In this document: positions 50,903 through 60,432 of the stretch, one piece after another | Layout: every line of letters starts with the position of its first letter | Position numbering within the stretch: the stretch's first letter is position 1 | Origin: Gammaproteobacteria bacterium | Lineage (GTDB): Bacteria; Pseudomonadota; Gammaproteobacteria; Tenderiales; Tenderiaceae | Assembly: GCA_024277755.1 (NCBI GenBank) | Contig: JAJRUN010000005.1 | Coordinates: 2,298-66,297, forward strand | Direction of reading: 5' to 3' | DNA length: 64,000 bases | Made by a program: the position numbers and the translations under genes | Notes under the pieces: generated by a model | Seen by the model: the letters and a program-made list of their open reading frames with translations, nothing else | The model's database searches: none | What the model was told of the DNA's origin: nothing

Positions 50903-53900
50903 ATGCAACCCCTTCAATCAATCCAAACATTTGTTAGTCAAACTATGAACCCAGAGGTCCCAGAAAAAACAGTCGAATCCGGCCACTTACGTGACCCATT
51001 CACTCCCTATGTACCTGACCAACCCGGCAGAACCACGACCTGGGCGCGTCTCTATGGCAGCAGTTTCGGCATGGTACTCAGTCAGGGAGCACGGCAACAT
51101 AATGGCCCTGTCATCGTCATTACCAACGACGCCTTAATGGCCACCCGGCTGGAACATGAACTGCGTTTCTATCTCGCCAATGACGAAACAGTCTCGGTCG
51201 TCACCTTCCCTGATTGGGAAACCCTGCCCTACGACATCTTTTCGCCACACCAGGACATCACCTCACAACGGCTCGAGGCGCTCTATCGCCTGCCGTCATT
51301 AAACAAAGGTATTCTCATTATCCCTGCCTCTACAGCCATGCACCGGCTGCCCCCCAATGATTACATCGACAGCCACAGTCTGATACTTGATGTTGGTGAG
51401 AAATTAAATATTGATGAGCTGCGCCTGCGCATGGAGCGCAATGGCTACCGTTGTGTCTCTCAGGTAATGGAACACGGTGAATTTGCAGTGCGCGGCGCGC
51501 TGGTGGACCTGTTTCCCATGGGTTGCAAACAGCCTTTCCGCATCGACCTGTTTGACGACGAAATCGAAACTATCCGCAGCTTCGACCCGGAAACCCAATT
51601 ATCGAAAGGCAATGTTGATAAAGTCCGCCTGCTACCGGCGCGTGAATTTCCGCTGACCAAAGAAGCCATCAGCCTGTTCCGTCAGGCCTACCGTGCAGAA
51701 TTTGAGGGCGACCCACAACGCTCAACCATATATAAAGACATTACCAATGGCATTGCCTCGCCGGGCATCGACTATTATCTGCCACTGTTTTTTGAGCACA
51801 CCACCACACTGTTCGACTACCTGCCGGACAATAGCGTGGTGGTGATGGAAGAAGGTGTCGAAGAAGCCGCCCTGGCATTCTGGCAAGAAGTAGAACAACG
51901 CTACGAGCAACGTCGCCACGATCTGGACAGGCCGATTCTCAGCCCGGAACGGATCTTTCTCAAAAACCACGAACTCCTACAGGGCCTCACCCCTTTTCCA
52001 CGCATCGATTGCCATCACTTCGACATGGAATCCGCACAAGGCGTACACAACTTCGCCAGCAAAAATGCACCGATGCTGACGATCAATTCACGAGCTACAG
52101 AGCCTCTTGCCGCACTGAAACAATTTATCAATAGCTTTAAGGGCCGAATCTTATTCGCGGCAGAAACCAGCGGCCGCCGCGAAGCACTGCTTGAGCTACT
52201 CAAACGCGACAATATCCATCCGCGTCAATACCCCGACTGGCTCAGCTTTCTCGATGACGACAAGGCCCGCATCGGCATCGCCATCGCACCACTGGAAAAG
52301 GGCCTGCTGCTGGACGACATCGCCGTCATCAGCGAACCACAACTGTTTGGCGAGCAGGTCATGCAGCGCCGCCGTCGCAAAATCACCAAGCGCGATGACA
52401 ACGCCGTTGTCCGCAGTCTCACCGAACTCACGCCTGGCAGCCCAGTCGTGCATGAAGATCATGGTGTCGGTCGCTACCTTGGTCTGCAAAGCATCGAGAT
52501 GAATAGTCTGGTAACAGAGTTTCTGACCCTGGAATATCACGGCGGCGACAAACTCTACGTACCCGTTTCATCGCTGCACCTGATCAGCCAATTCACTGGC
52601 ACCTCACCCGATTCTGCGCCACTGCACAAGCTCGGCTCAGAGGTCTGGGGTAAAGCCAAGCGCCGCGCCGCTGAAAAGGCCTACGATGTCGCCGCCGAAC
52701 TGCTCGACATCTACGCCCGCCGTGCCGCTCGCAAGGGCTACGCCTATAGCGAACCCGATGACCAATACCGCGCCTTTGCCGCTGGCTTTCCATTTGAAGA
52801 AACCCCCGATCAGGAAGAGGCCATTCTCAATGTCCTCAAAGACATGGTTAGCGAACAACCCATGGATCGACTGGTCTGTGGTGATGTGGGTTTTGGCAAA
52901 ACTGAGGTCGCCATGCGCGCCGCCTTTATGGCCGTGCACGACAGCAAACAAGTCGCCGTGCTGGTGCCCACCACCCTGCTGGCACAACAACACTATCAAA
53001 ATTTTTGTGATCGCTTTGCCGACTGGCCAATACGGATTGAAGTGCTATCACGCTTTCGCTCCAAAAAGGAACAGGACGCCGTTTTGGTGGATCTGGCCAA
53101 CGGCAAGGTGGATGTCGTCATCGGCACCCACAAGCTGCTGCAAAGCTCGGTCAAATTCACCGAACTGGGGCTGGTCATCCTTGATGAAGAACACCGTTTT
53201 GGTGTCCGCCAGAAAGAGCGCCTCAAATCCCTGCGCGCCGAGGTCGACATACTCACCCTCACCGCCACACCTATCCCACGCACACTCAACATGGCCCTGT
53301 CAGATATGCGTGATCTATCCATCATTGCCACCGCACCGTCAAAGCGTTTGGCAATCAAAACCTTTATCCGCCAATGGGACAAAAACCTGATGCGCGAAGC
53401 CTGCCTGCGTGAAATCAAACGCGGTGGCCAGGTCTATTTTCTGCACAACGAAGTCGACACCATTGAAAAACGGGCCCGTGAACTGGAAGAACTGATTCCA
53501 GAGGCACGCGTCTGCGTCGGCCACGGCCAAATGCGCGAACGCGAATTGGAACAAGTGATGCTGGATTTCTATCACCAGCGCTACAATATTCTGGTCTGCA
53601 CCACCATCATTGAAACCGGTATTGATGTACCCACCGCCAACACCATCATCATGAACCGGGCTGACAAGCTCGGCCTTGCCCAGCTTTATCAGCTGCGTGG
53701 CCGCGTAGGCCGTTCCTATCACCAAGCCTACGCCTACCTGCTGGTACCGAGCAAACGCAGCATGACTTCCGATGCCGTTAAACGCATGGAAGCCATCGAA
53801 TCACTGGAAGGTCTGGGGGCAGGATTCACCCTCGCCAGCCATGACCTGGAGATTCGTGGCGCCGGTGAACTGCTGGGTGACGAGCAAAGTGGCCAGATTC

Positions 53901-54430
53901 AGGAAGTCGGCTTTGGCATGTACACCGAATTGTTGGAACGTGCCGTCAAGGCGCTCAAGTCAGGCCAAATTCCCAACCTTGATCAACCCCTGAACCAACA
54001 CGCCGAAGTTGATCTTAAAATCCCTGCCCTGCTGCCCAATGACTATCTGCCCGACGTACAAACACGTCTGGTGATGTATAAACGCATCGCCAACGCCGCC
54101 AATGAAGATGAGCTGGATGAACTACAGGTTGAAATGATTGACCGCTTTGGCCTGTTGCCCGAACCAACCAAAAACCTGATTCGTATCACCGAGCTTAAGC
54201 TTATAGCCGAACCCATGGGCATCAAAAAGATAGAGGCAGGTCCAACAGGTGGCCGCCTCATCTTTACTGACAAACCCTGCATAGACCCCATGCGGATCAT
54301 CGGTCTGATTCAAAAACAAAATCAAACATACAAACTGGAAGGTCAGGAAAAACTGCGCTTTGCCATTGCCTCGGAAACTGCAACACAGCGGATTGAGGTG
54401 GTGTCAGAAGTGTTACGGTTGCTTTCTTAG
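50903..54430 (+). CDS. mfd: Transcription-repair coupling factor
   Basis: 1175 aa; the start may instead be ATG 50945. It has a UvrB-homology N-terminus, an RNAP-interacting domain, the helicase motifs GDVGFGKTEVA, DEEHRFG, TATPIPRTL and QLRGRVGRS, and a TRCF C-terminal domain. Confidence 0.95.
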   Translation: MQPLQSIQTFVSQTMNPEVPEKTVESGHLRDPFTPYVPDQPGRTTTWARLYGSSFGMVLSQGARQHNGPVIVITNDALMATRLEHELRFYLANDETVSVVTFPDWETLPYDIFSPHQDITSQRLEALYRLPSLNKGILIIPASTAMHRLPPNDYIDSHSLILDVGEKLNIDELRLRMERNGYRCVSQVMEHGEFAVRGALVDLFPMGCKQPFRIDLFDDEIETIRSFDPETQLSKGNVDKVRLLPAREFPLTKEAISLFRQAYRAEFEGDPQRSTIYKDITNGIASPGIDYYLPLFFEHTTTLFDYLPDNSVVVMEEGVEEAALAFWQEVEQRYEQRRHDLDRPILSPERIFLKNHELLQGLTPFPRIDCHHFDMESAQGVHNFASKNAPMLTINSRATEPLAALKQFINSFKGRILFAAETSGRREALLELLKRDNIHPRQYPDWLSFLDDDKARIGIAIAPLEKGLLLDDIAVISEPQLFGEQVMQRRRRKITKRDDNAVVRSLTELTPGSPVVHEDHGVGRYLGLQSIEMNSLVTEFLTLEYHGGDKLYVPVSSLHLISQFTGTSPDSAPLHKLGSEVWGKAKRRAAEKAYDVAAELLDIYARRAARKGYAYSEPDDQYRAFAAGFPFEETPDQEEAILNVLKDMVSEQPMDRLVCGDVGFGKTEVAMRAAFMAVHDSKQVAVLVPTTLLAQQHYQNFCDRFADWPIRIEVLSRFRSKKEQDAVLVDLANGKVDVVIGTHKLLQSSVKFTELGLVILDEEHRFGVRQKERLKSLRAEVDILTLTATPIPRTLNMALSDMRDLSIIATAPSKRLAIKTFIRQWDKNLMREACLREIKRGGQVYFLHNEVDTIEKRARELEELIPEARVCVGHGQMRERELEQVMLDFYHQRYNILVCTTIIETGIDVPTANTIIMNRADKLGLAQLYQLRGRVGRSYHQAYAYLLVPSKRSMTSDAVKRMEAIESLEGLGAGFTLASHDLEIRGAGELLGDEQSGQIQEVGFGMYTELLERAVKALKSGQIPNLDQPLNQHAEVDLKIPALLPNDYLPDVQTRLVMYKRIANAANEDELDELQVEMIDRFGLLPEPTKNLIRITELKLIAEPMGIKKIEAGPTGGRLIFTDKPCIDPMRIIGLIQKQNQTYKLEGQEKLRFAIASETATQRIEVVSEVLRLLS

Positions 54431-54503
54431 CGGCTGTGGGACAGCAATAGTTTTGGCATGTATCAGGGCCACTGGCAGCACAAACAGTGAATATACTCTG
54501 CGG

Positions 54504-54971
54504 CTAGCCAACCTCACCAACAGCCTCTGCGCCATACAACCTCAATTTAACGCTCAAGCGGCGAAAGGTAGTGCTATCAACGCTGTCTGTCATGATTACC
54601 ACGGGCTGCATTCGTCCACCCTGCTCAGGCCTGAAATTCAAAATAATCAACCACGGATTGATGAAGCTACTGCCTAATAATTCAGCCTTGACATTTTCTC
54701 CAGTCGCCATATTCAACTGCCATTGATTTTTATCTTGCCAAACCAGTTGAGTCACTGCCCAGCGACTGTTTTTAAACAAATATTGACGTGCGTGATGAAT
54801 AAAGCCAACAATCAGTGCGGCCAGAACGATCAGTTTAAGCAGTAAATTGATATCAAAGACCCAGAGCCAGTAAAACGCACCAAGGTACATAAACAGCAAG
54901 GCGCTGTTGAGAAGGAAAGAGGTTTTAAGGGTGACTCTAAACGGTACTGCGAATTTGGCTGATGATGTCAT
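54504..54971 (-). CDS. ygfX: YgfX/CptA family inner membrane protein
   Basis: 155 aa. It has two N-terminal TM segments and a C-terminal soluble part. It sits immediately downstream of sdhE and overlaps it by 35 nt, the same gene pair as E. coli ygfY-ygfX. Confidence 0.7.
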   Translation of the reverse strand: MTSSAKFAVPFRVTLKTSFLLNSALLFMYLGAFYWLWVFDINLLLKLIVLAALIVGFIHHARQYLFKNSRWAVTQLVWQDKNQWQLNMATGENVKAELLGSSFINPWLIILNFRPEQGGRMQPVVIMTDSVDSTTFRRLSVKLRLYGAEAVGEVG

Positions 54972-55197
54972 TAAGGTTGTTATCCTGCGGCGGGGTTTGT
55001 AGCATCAGACATTCCAATAATTCCTGGTCTTGCAGGTCCAACAGCAGATGAAATTTATGTTTGTCTTCGGCACTTAGACTGTCGTAAACATTTTCAACAA
55101 AAGGCAACAGCAGCAGGTCAAGCTCTAACATGCCCCGGCGGCAGCGCCATTGCAAGCGGGCCTTTATATTGGCGCTGTCTTCTGCTATTGAGTTCAT
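54937..55197 (-). CDS. sdhE: FAD assembly factor SdhE (YgfY)
   Basis: 86 aa. RLQWRCRRGMLELDLLL...F contains the conserved RGxxE motif region. The start overlaps the sdhB stop (TGATG). Confidence 0.88.
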   Translation of the reverse strand: MNSIAEDSANIKARLQWRCRRGMLELDLLLLPFVENVYDSLSAEDKHKFHLLLDLQDQELLECLMLQTPPQDNNLNDIISQIRSTV

Positions 55198-55889
55198 CAG
55201 GTATTGTTTTTAAGCATAATCTTTTTGATCTCACCTATCGCCTTGGTGGGATTGAGACCCTTGGGGCAAACGTTAGTGCAGTTCATGATGCTATGGCAAC
55301 GGAACAAGCGATAAGGCCCTTCCAGTTCTTCCAGACGCTGGGCGGTGGCCTGATCACGACTATCGGCGATGAAACGATAGGATTGCAGCAAAGCAGCGGG
55401 ACCACGAAATTTGTCCGGGTTCCACCAGAATGATGGACAGGCCGTTGAACAGCAACCACACAAAATACATTCATACAGACCATCGAGTTTTTCACGTTCT
55501 TCAGGCGACTGACGATACTCCTCTTCAGGCTCAGGATCATGCACCGTCAAATAAGGTTTGACTGAACGATACTGGTGATAAAACTGGGTCATGTCTACCA
55601 CCAGATCACGAATCACAGGACGACCAGGAAAGGGACGAACTTCGACGGGTTCTTTAAGTACCGAAATAGGTGTAATGCAAGCCAGGCCGTTAGTACCGTT
55701 GATGTTGACCCCATCTGAACCACATACGCCTTCACCACATGAGTGCCTGAAGGTAAAGCTTTCGTCCTGAAACTTAATATCCAGCAAGGCATCGCGCAGC
55801 ATCATGCCCGCATCAACCGCAACCTCATACTCCTGCATATAAGGTTTATCATCGGTTTCAGGGTTGTAACGGTAAACAGAAAAATGCAT
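55197..55889 (-). CDS. sdhB: Succinate dehydrogenase iron-sulfur subunit
   Basis: 230 aa. The three Cys clusters are SCGEGVCGSDGVNING, CILCGCCSTACPS and CHSIMNCTNVCPKG. Confidence 0.95.
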   Translation of the reverse strand: MHFSVYRYNPETDDKPYMQEYEVAVDAGMMLRDALLDIKFQDESFTFRHSCGEGVCGSDGVNINGTNGLACITPISVLKEPVEVRPFPGRPVIRDLVVDMTQFYHQYRSVKPYLTVHDPEPEEEYRQSPEEREKLDGLYECILCGCCSTACPSFWWNPDKFRGPAALLQSYRFIADSRDQATAQRLEELEGPYRLFRCHSIMNCTNVCPKGLNPTKAIGEIKKIMLKNNT

Positions 55890-55900
55890 TCTGATTCTCT

Positions 55901-57670
55901 CTAATAAACTCGTGCCTTGGGCGGAAATGAATCAACAGTCAAAGGTTTCATACGCACCGGTTTGTAGTCCAGCTTGCGTCCTTCCTTGAAAAACAGGCTG
56001 TGCTTAAGCCAGCGTTCATCATCACGATCAGGGTAATCAATGCGTGAATGGGCACCGCGACTCTCTTTGCGGGCATGAGCCGAACAGACCGTTGCCAGAG
56101 CAATGTCCATCAGGTTTTCCAGTTCCAGCGCTTCAACCCGGGCAGTATTGAAAACCTTGCTGTGATCTTGCAAGCGAGCATCCTGCAGGCGCGCCTCCAG
56201 GGCAATCACCTTGTCTACCCCCTCGGCCAAAATTTCATCCGTGCGGAACACACCACAAAAGTCTTCCATGGTTTTCTTCAATTCATCCTTCAGCTGTCTA
56301 ACCGACTCGCCCTCACCTTTCTGACCCCAACGGCTTAAACGTGCCATGGCCTTGTCGATACTGTCATCCGCCATTGGCCGGTGATAACGGTTTTCCTTGA
56401 GGTAATCGATGATGTGATTACCCGCTGCGCGGCCAAATACCACAATATCCAGCAACGAGTTACCGCCGAGACGATTGGCACCATGCACCGAGACACAGGC
56501 ACACTCACCCACTGCATATAACCCTTGCACAGTCTCCTCGGCCGTTTGCCCCAGCGGTGCCACTACCTGTCCATGACGGTTGGTGGGAATACCACCCATG
56601 GTGTAATGCGCCGTGGGATAAACAGGAATGGATTCACTGGCCGGATCAATATGCAAAAATGTTTGAATGGTGGAACGAATACCCGGCAAACGTTTCTGAA
56701 TCACATCCATGCCAAGGTGATCCAGTTTAAGCATGACATGATCCGCATTCGGGCCACAGCCACGCCCCTCTTTTACTTCAGTATAGATAGCACGACTGAC
56801 CACATCACGACTGGCGAGATCCTTGGCATTCGGGGCATAACGCTCCATGAATCGCTCGCCGTCCTTATTCAATAGATAACCGCCTTCACCACGCGCACCT
56901 TCGGTAATCAGCATGCCCTTGCCGGCAATGCCGGTCGGATGAAACTGGAAGAACTCCATGTCTTGCAACGGAATCCCCGCTCGCAATGCCATGCCCATAC
57001 CATCGCCGGTATTGATATGAGCATTGGTATTGGTGCGGAATATCTGCCCTGCACCCCCGGTGGCCAGCAAAGTCGCCTTTGCTTCGATGACCATCGTCTC
57101 ACCGGTTTCAATCTCCATGACAACCGCACCGAGGATAGTGCCCTCGTCATCATAGATCAGGTCCAGCGCCAGATATTCATCAAAGAAATGGGTCTTAGCA
57201 TGGATATTCTGTTGATACAAAGAATGTAGAATGGCGTGGCCGGTTCGATCCGCTGCAGCACAGGTACGCGCCGCCTGATCACCGCCGAAGTTCTGGCTTT
57301 GACCGCCAAAAGGGCGTTGATAAATTTTGCCATTATCCAAGCGTGAAAAAGGCACACCGGCATGTTCCAGCTCTACCACCAGGCGCGGTGCAGCGCGACA
57401 CATATATTCCACTGCATCCTGATCCGCTAGATAATCACTGCCTTTAATGGTATCGAACATATGCCAGTGCCAGTTGTCCGGCAGGACATTGGCCAGCGCG
57501 GCATTCATGCCCCCCTGAGCGGCCACCGTATGAGAACGAGTTGGAAAAACTTTCGACACAACTGCCACGTGGGCATCGGCCTGGGCCAATTGCAAGGCAG
57601 CACGCAGGCCACCACCACCCGCGCCGATGACCAAGGTGTCAAACCTGCGGACTGGAATTGAACTACTCAC
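55901..57670 (-). CDS. sdhA: Succinate dehydrogenase flavoprotein subunit
   Basis: The preferred start is GTG 57670, overlapping the sdhD TAG by 1 nt. It gives VSSSIPVRRFDTLVIGAGGGGLRAAL, matching the E. coli SdhA N-terminus in length. The track ORF extends to 57709. It has the FAD-histidyl motif RSHTVAAQGG and HPTG. Confidence 0.93.
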   Translation of the reverse strand: MSSSIPVRRFDTLVIGAGGGGLRAALQLAQADAHVAVVSKVFPTRSHTVAAQGGMNAALANVLPDNWHWHMFDTIKGSDYLADQDAVEYMCRAAPRLVVELEHAGVPFSRLDNGKIYQRPFGGQSQNFGGDQAARTCAAADRTGHAILHSLYQQNIHAKTHFFDEYLALDLIYDDEGTILGAVVMEIETGETMVIEAKATLLATGGAGQIFRTNTNAHINTGDGMGMALRAGIPLQDMEFFQFHPTGIAGKGMLITEGARGEGGYLLNKDGERFMERYAPNAKDLASRDVVSRAIYTEVKEGRGCGPNADHVMLKLDHLGMDVIQKRLPGIRSTIQTFLHIDPASESIPVYPTAHYTMGGIPTNRHGQVVAPLGQTAEETVQGLYAVGECACVSVHGANRLGGNSLLDIVVFGRAAGNHIIDYLKENRYHRPMADDSIDKAMARLSRWGQKGEGESVRQLKDELKKTMEDFCGVFRTDEILAEGVDKVIALEARLQDARLQDHSKVFNTARVEALELENLMDIALATVCSAHARKESRGAHSRIDYPDRDDERWLKHSLFFKEGRKLDYKPVRMKPLTVDSFPPKARVY

Positions 57671-58011
57671 TAAACTGCCGCTCCCGTTAATAAAATTCGA
57701 ATCACCCACAAGGCCATCACCAGCAAACCAATCGCCAGTAATATCAACATGGTCAAACGTAAGGCAAAAGGTTTCACATAATCGAGCAAGACATCACGTA
57801 TACCGACCCATGCATGCGACAACAAGGCAATAAAAAATAGCGTCGTTGCCAGCGCCATCGTAGTGGATGACATCCAGTTGGACCAATCTGCATATGACAA
57901 TGGCGAACAGACCAGCAGCACGCCAAGAAAATAAACCAGAAAGCCGGCTAAATAGACAGCACTAATACGTTGCAACAACCAGGCTTTTAAACCACTCATA
58001 CGCCAGCTCAC
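57670..58011 (-). CDS. sdhD: Succinate dehydrogenase membrane anchor subunit
   Basis: 113 aa with three TM segments. Position between sdhC and sdhA, with a 4-nt overlap with sdhC. Confidence 0.85.
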   Translation of the reverse strand: MSWRMSGLKAWLLQRISAVYLAGFLVYFLGVLLVCSPLSYADWSNWMSSTTMALATTLFFIALLSHAWVGIRDVLLDYVKPFALRLTMLILLAIGLLVMALWVIRILLTGAAV

Positions 58012-58394
58012 AGAATCATTACCATTGCGATCAATACCCCGGTCACGCCTAACACATTGACAACCAAAGCACTGGTGCGGGCAGTTTTCAAATCGATCCC
58101 AACCTCTACATCAAGCAGCAGAAAACGTATTCCAGCAAAAAAATGGTGCACCGCAGACCACGCAAGTAGCAGGGTCAATATTTTTATCAAGCTGCTATCA
58201 AACAATGCAGTAATTTCGGCAAAGCCCTGTGGACCTTGCAGTGAATGTTCAAGCATCCAGATAACAAATGGGATGGAAAGAAATAACAGCACACCAGAGA
58301 TACGGTGACCGATGGAGACAATTGCAGTAATCGGCTGCTTGATTTTCAGCAGATTCAGATTAACCGGTCTTGTGTCAGTTTTTTTATTTTTCAT
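58008..58394 (-). CDS. sdhC: Succinate dehydrogenase cytochrome b556 subunit
   Basis: 128 aa. RPVNLNLLKIKQPITAIVSIGHRISGV carries the conserved SdhC heme-ligand His context. It is the first gene of the sdh cluster. Confidence 0.88.
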   Translation of the reverse strand: MKNKKTDTRPVNLNLLKIKQPITAIVSIGHRISGVLLFLSIPFVIWMLEHSLQGPQGFAEITALFDSSLIKILTLLLAWSAVHHFFAGIRFLLLDVEVGIDLKTARTSALVVNVLGVTGVLIAMVMIL

Positions 58395-58518
58395 ACAAGC
58401 TCTTAGTGTATCCGAGAGTTGATATTAGCCCAACATTACTTCTATGCCAAGACTACGCTATCATGCTGCCACAGGTTAAAACCAGCACCATTATTCCCAC
58501 ACAATATAGAAGTCAATC

Positions 58519-59481
58519 ATGAATGAGTTTGAAACAGTTTTAAATACGGACATTGTTGCTAAATTGGATGACTATGGCTTGATAAAAGTCGAAGGTGACG
58601 ATGCAGAAATATTTTTACATGCTCAGTTCACTAATGATTTACAGCAAGGCGTTACCGAAAACAATAGCCAGTTAAGCGCCTATTGCACCCCTAAGGGGCG
58701 TATTCTTAGTTTGTTCAGAATTTACAAAACCAGCAATGCTTTTTATCTCAGCATGCCACGCGAGCTGGTTGAAGCAACCCACAAACGCCTAAGCATGTTT
58801 GTGTTGATGTCGAAGGTAAGCCTGACAGATGAAAGTGATAACATCAGCCAGCTTGGTGTCTCCGGACCCAATTCAGAACAAAAGCTAATGGCGATGATTG
58901 GCCAGCCCCCAGAGGCCGTTGATCAGGTGGTGACAAATGAAAACATCAGCATCATTCGAATTCCCGGGCCTCATCAACGTTTCCAGATTATTAGCCCAGC
59001 TAAAGAGATCAAATCGCTCTACAACAAGCTTGGAACCTTTGTTGCCGAAGTCTCAGCCAATGCATGGCAATTGCTCGACATCCATGCAGGCATTCCCATC
59101 ATCAAGCAAATCAATGTTGAGGCCTTTGTGCCGCAGATGGTCAATCTGCAAGCCATTAACGGCCTGAGTTTCAAAAAAGGCTGTTACCCCGGTCAGGAAG
59201 TCGTTGCTCGCATGCAATATCTAGGCAAATTAAAGCGATGCATGTACCTGGCCCATAGCGACAGCGAAACAGTAGCCCGGCCCGGCGATAGCATTTTCGT
59301 CAACGCCGATGAACCGCGCAAAACAGGGGTTGTGGTGATTGCACAACCAGCTCCAGACGGAGGTAACGACTTGCTCGTTGTGGTAGAAATCGAGTCCGCA
59401 GATAATCAAACTATATATCTAGACGAAAACATCCCTCTAGCAATCAAGCCCCTACCTTATTCATTAAAACCCTTGAGTTAA
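58519..59481 (+). CDS. ygfZ: Folate-binding Fe-S cluster repair / tRNA modification protein YgfZ
   Basis: 320 aa with a GcvT-like fold. The YgfZ signature KGCYPGQE is present. It is divergent from the sdh-sdhE-ygfX cluster; E. coli ygfZ is divergent from ygfY-ygfX. Confidence 0.88.
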   Translation: MNEFETVLNTDIVAKLDDYGLIKVEGDDAEIFLHAQFTNDLQQGVTENNSQLSAYCTPKGRILSLFRIYKTSNAFYLSMPRELVEATHKRLSMFVLMSKVSLTDESDNISQLGVSGPNSEQKLMAMIGQPPEAVDQVVTNENISIIRIPGPHQRFQIISPAKEIKSLYNKLGTFVAEVSANAWQLLDIHAGIPIIKQINVEAFVPQMVNLQAINGLSFKKGCYPGQEVVARMQYLGKLKRCMYLAHSDSETVARPGDSIFVNADEPRKTGVVVIAQPAPDGGNDLLVVVEIESADNQTIYLDENIPLAIKPLPYSLKPLS

Positions 59482-59545
59482 GACAAACAAAGCCGATAGG
59501 TTTAGCAACATTCAACATAACAAATCAGGATAGGGGCCAAGTTAA

Positions 59546-60391
59546 TTGAACGCAGAAGACAAATTCATTGCCTCCTTGATGGATGATGTCAGCAAGGGCC
59601 AACTTGAATTACCGACCTTGCCAGAGGTGGCACTCAAGGTAAGAAAGTTGGTTGATGACCCAATGGTTTCAGCTGACAAGATTGCCACACTGGTGGGCAC
59701 TGACGCAGCGCTTTCCGCTCGCCTGCTACAAGTTTCCAACAGTGTCTTTTTTAAGGGACTCAATTCAGTAGAAAATGTTCGTACTGCTGTCATTCGCCTG
59801 GGGGGCGTTTGCGTCCGCAACGTCGTTTCCAGCCTGGTGATGCAACAGCTTTATCAAGCCAACCAAATGGGCCCAATCAAAAAAGATCTGCTCAATCTCT
59901 GGATAAGAGGAGCAAAGGTTGCAGCCATCAGTCAGGTGCTGGCAAAACGCTTCACCAAACTCAACCCCGATGAGGCCATGCTGGCGGGTTTGATCCATGA
60001 TATTGGCGTCTTACCGATACTCAAACGGGCAATTAAATTTCCTGAGCTGATAGCAGACAAAACACGGCTTTACCGAGTCATTGATAAAATGCACCTGGAA
60101 ATCGGACGATTGATATTAGAGGAGTGGCACTTCCCGGCAGAATTAATACAGGTGGCAGCCGAACATGAAGACCTGACACGTGACCCTGGCCCCAAGCCTG
60201 ATTATACGGACATAGTCTTGGTCGCCAACTTGCATAGTTACATGGGGCAAAACAACAATAAATACAGCTCTGTTGACTGGAATAACATACCCGCCTTCGA
60301 CAAGCTTGGCCTCACACCCGAGCAAAGCGTCCAAGCACTATCTGAGGCAAAGTCTGACATTGCAGAAATACAAAAACTTATTTCTGGATAA
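59546..60391 (+). CDS. HDOD domain-containing protein (paralogue 1)
   Basis: 281 aa with an apparent TTG start. LPTLPEVALKVRKLVDDP...ADKIATLVGTDAALSARLLQVSNS and GLIHDIG are typical of HDOD. Confidence 0.82.
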   Translation: MNAEDKFIASLMDDVSKGQLELPTLPEVALKVRKLVDDPMVSADKIATLVGTDAALSARLLQVSNSVFFKGLNSVENVRTAVIRLGGVCVRNVVSSLVMQQLYQANQMGPIKKDLLNLWIRGAKVAAISQVLAKRFTKLNPDEAMLAGLIHDIGVLPILKRAIKFPELIADKTRLYRVIDKMHLEIGRLILEEWHFPAELIQVAAEHEDLTRDPGPKPDYTDIVLVANLHSYMGQNNNKYSSVDWNNIPAFDKLGLTPEQSVQALSEAKSDIAEIQKLISG

Positions 60392-60432
60392 TAAGTTATA
60401 TCTATAACCTAATCTAAAACGGAGGATTGATT

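Noticed and set aside
54360-54677. 105-aa + ORF bridging the mfd 3' end and ygfX
   Set aside because: It overlaps two better-supported genes and its sequence is not protein-like.
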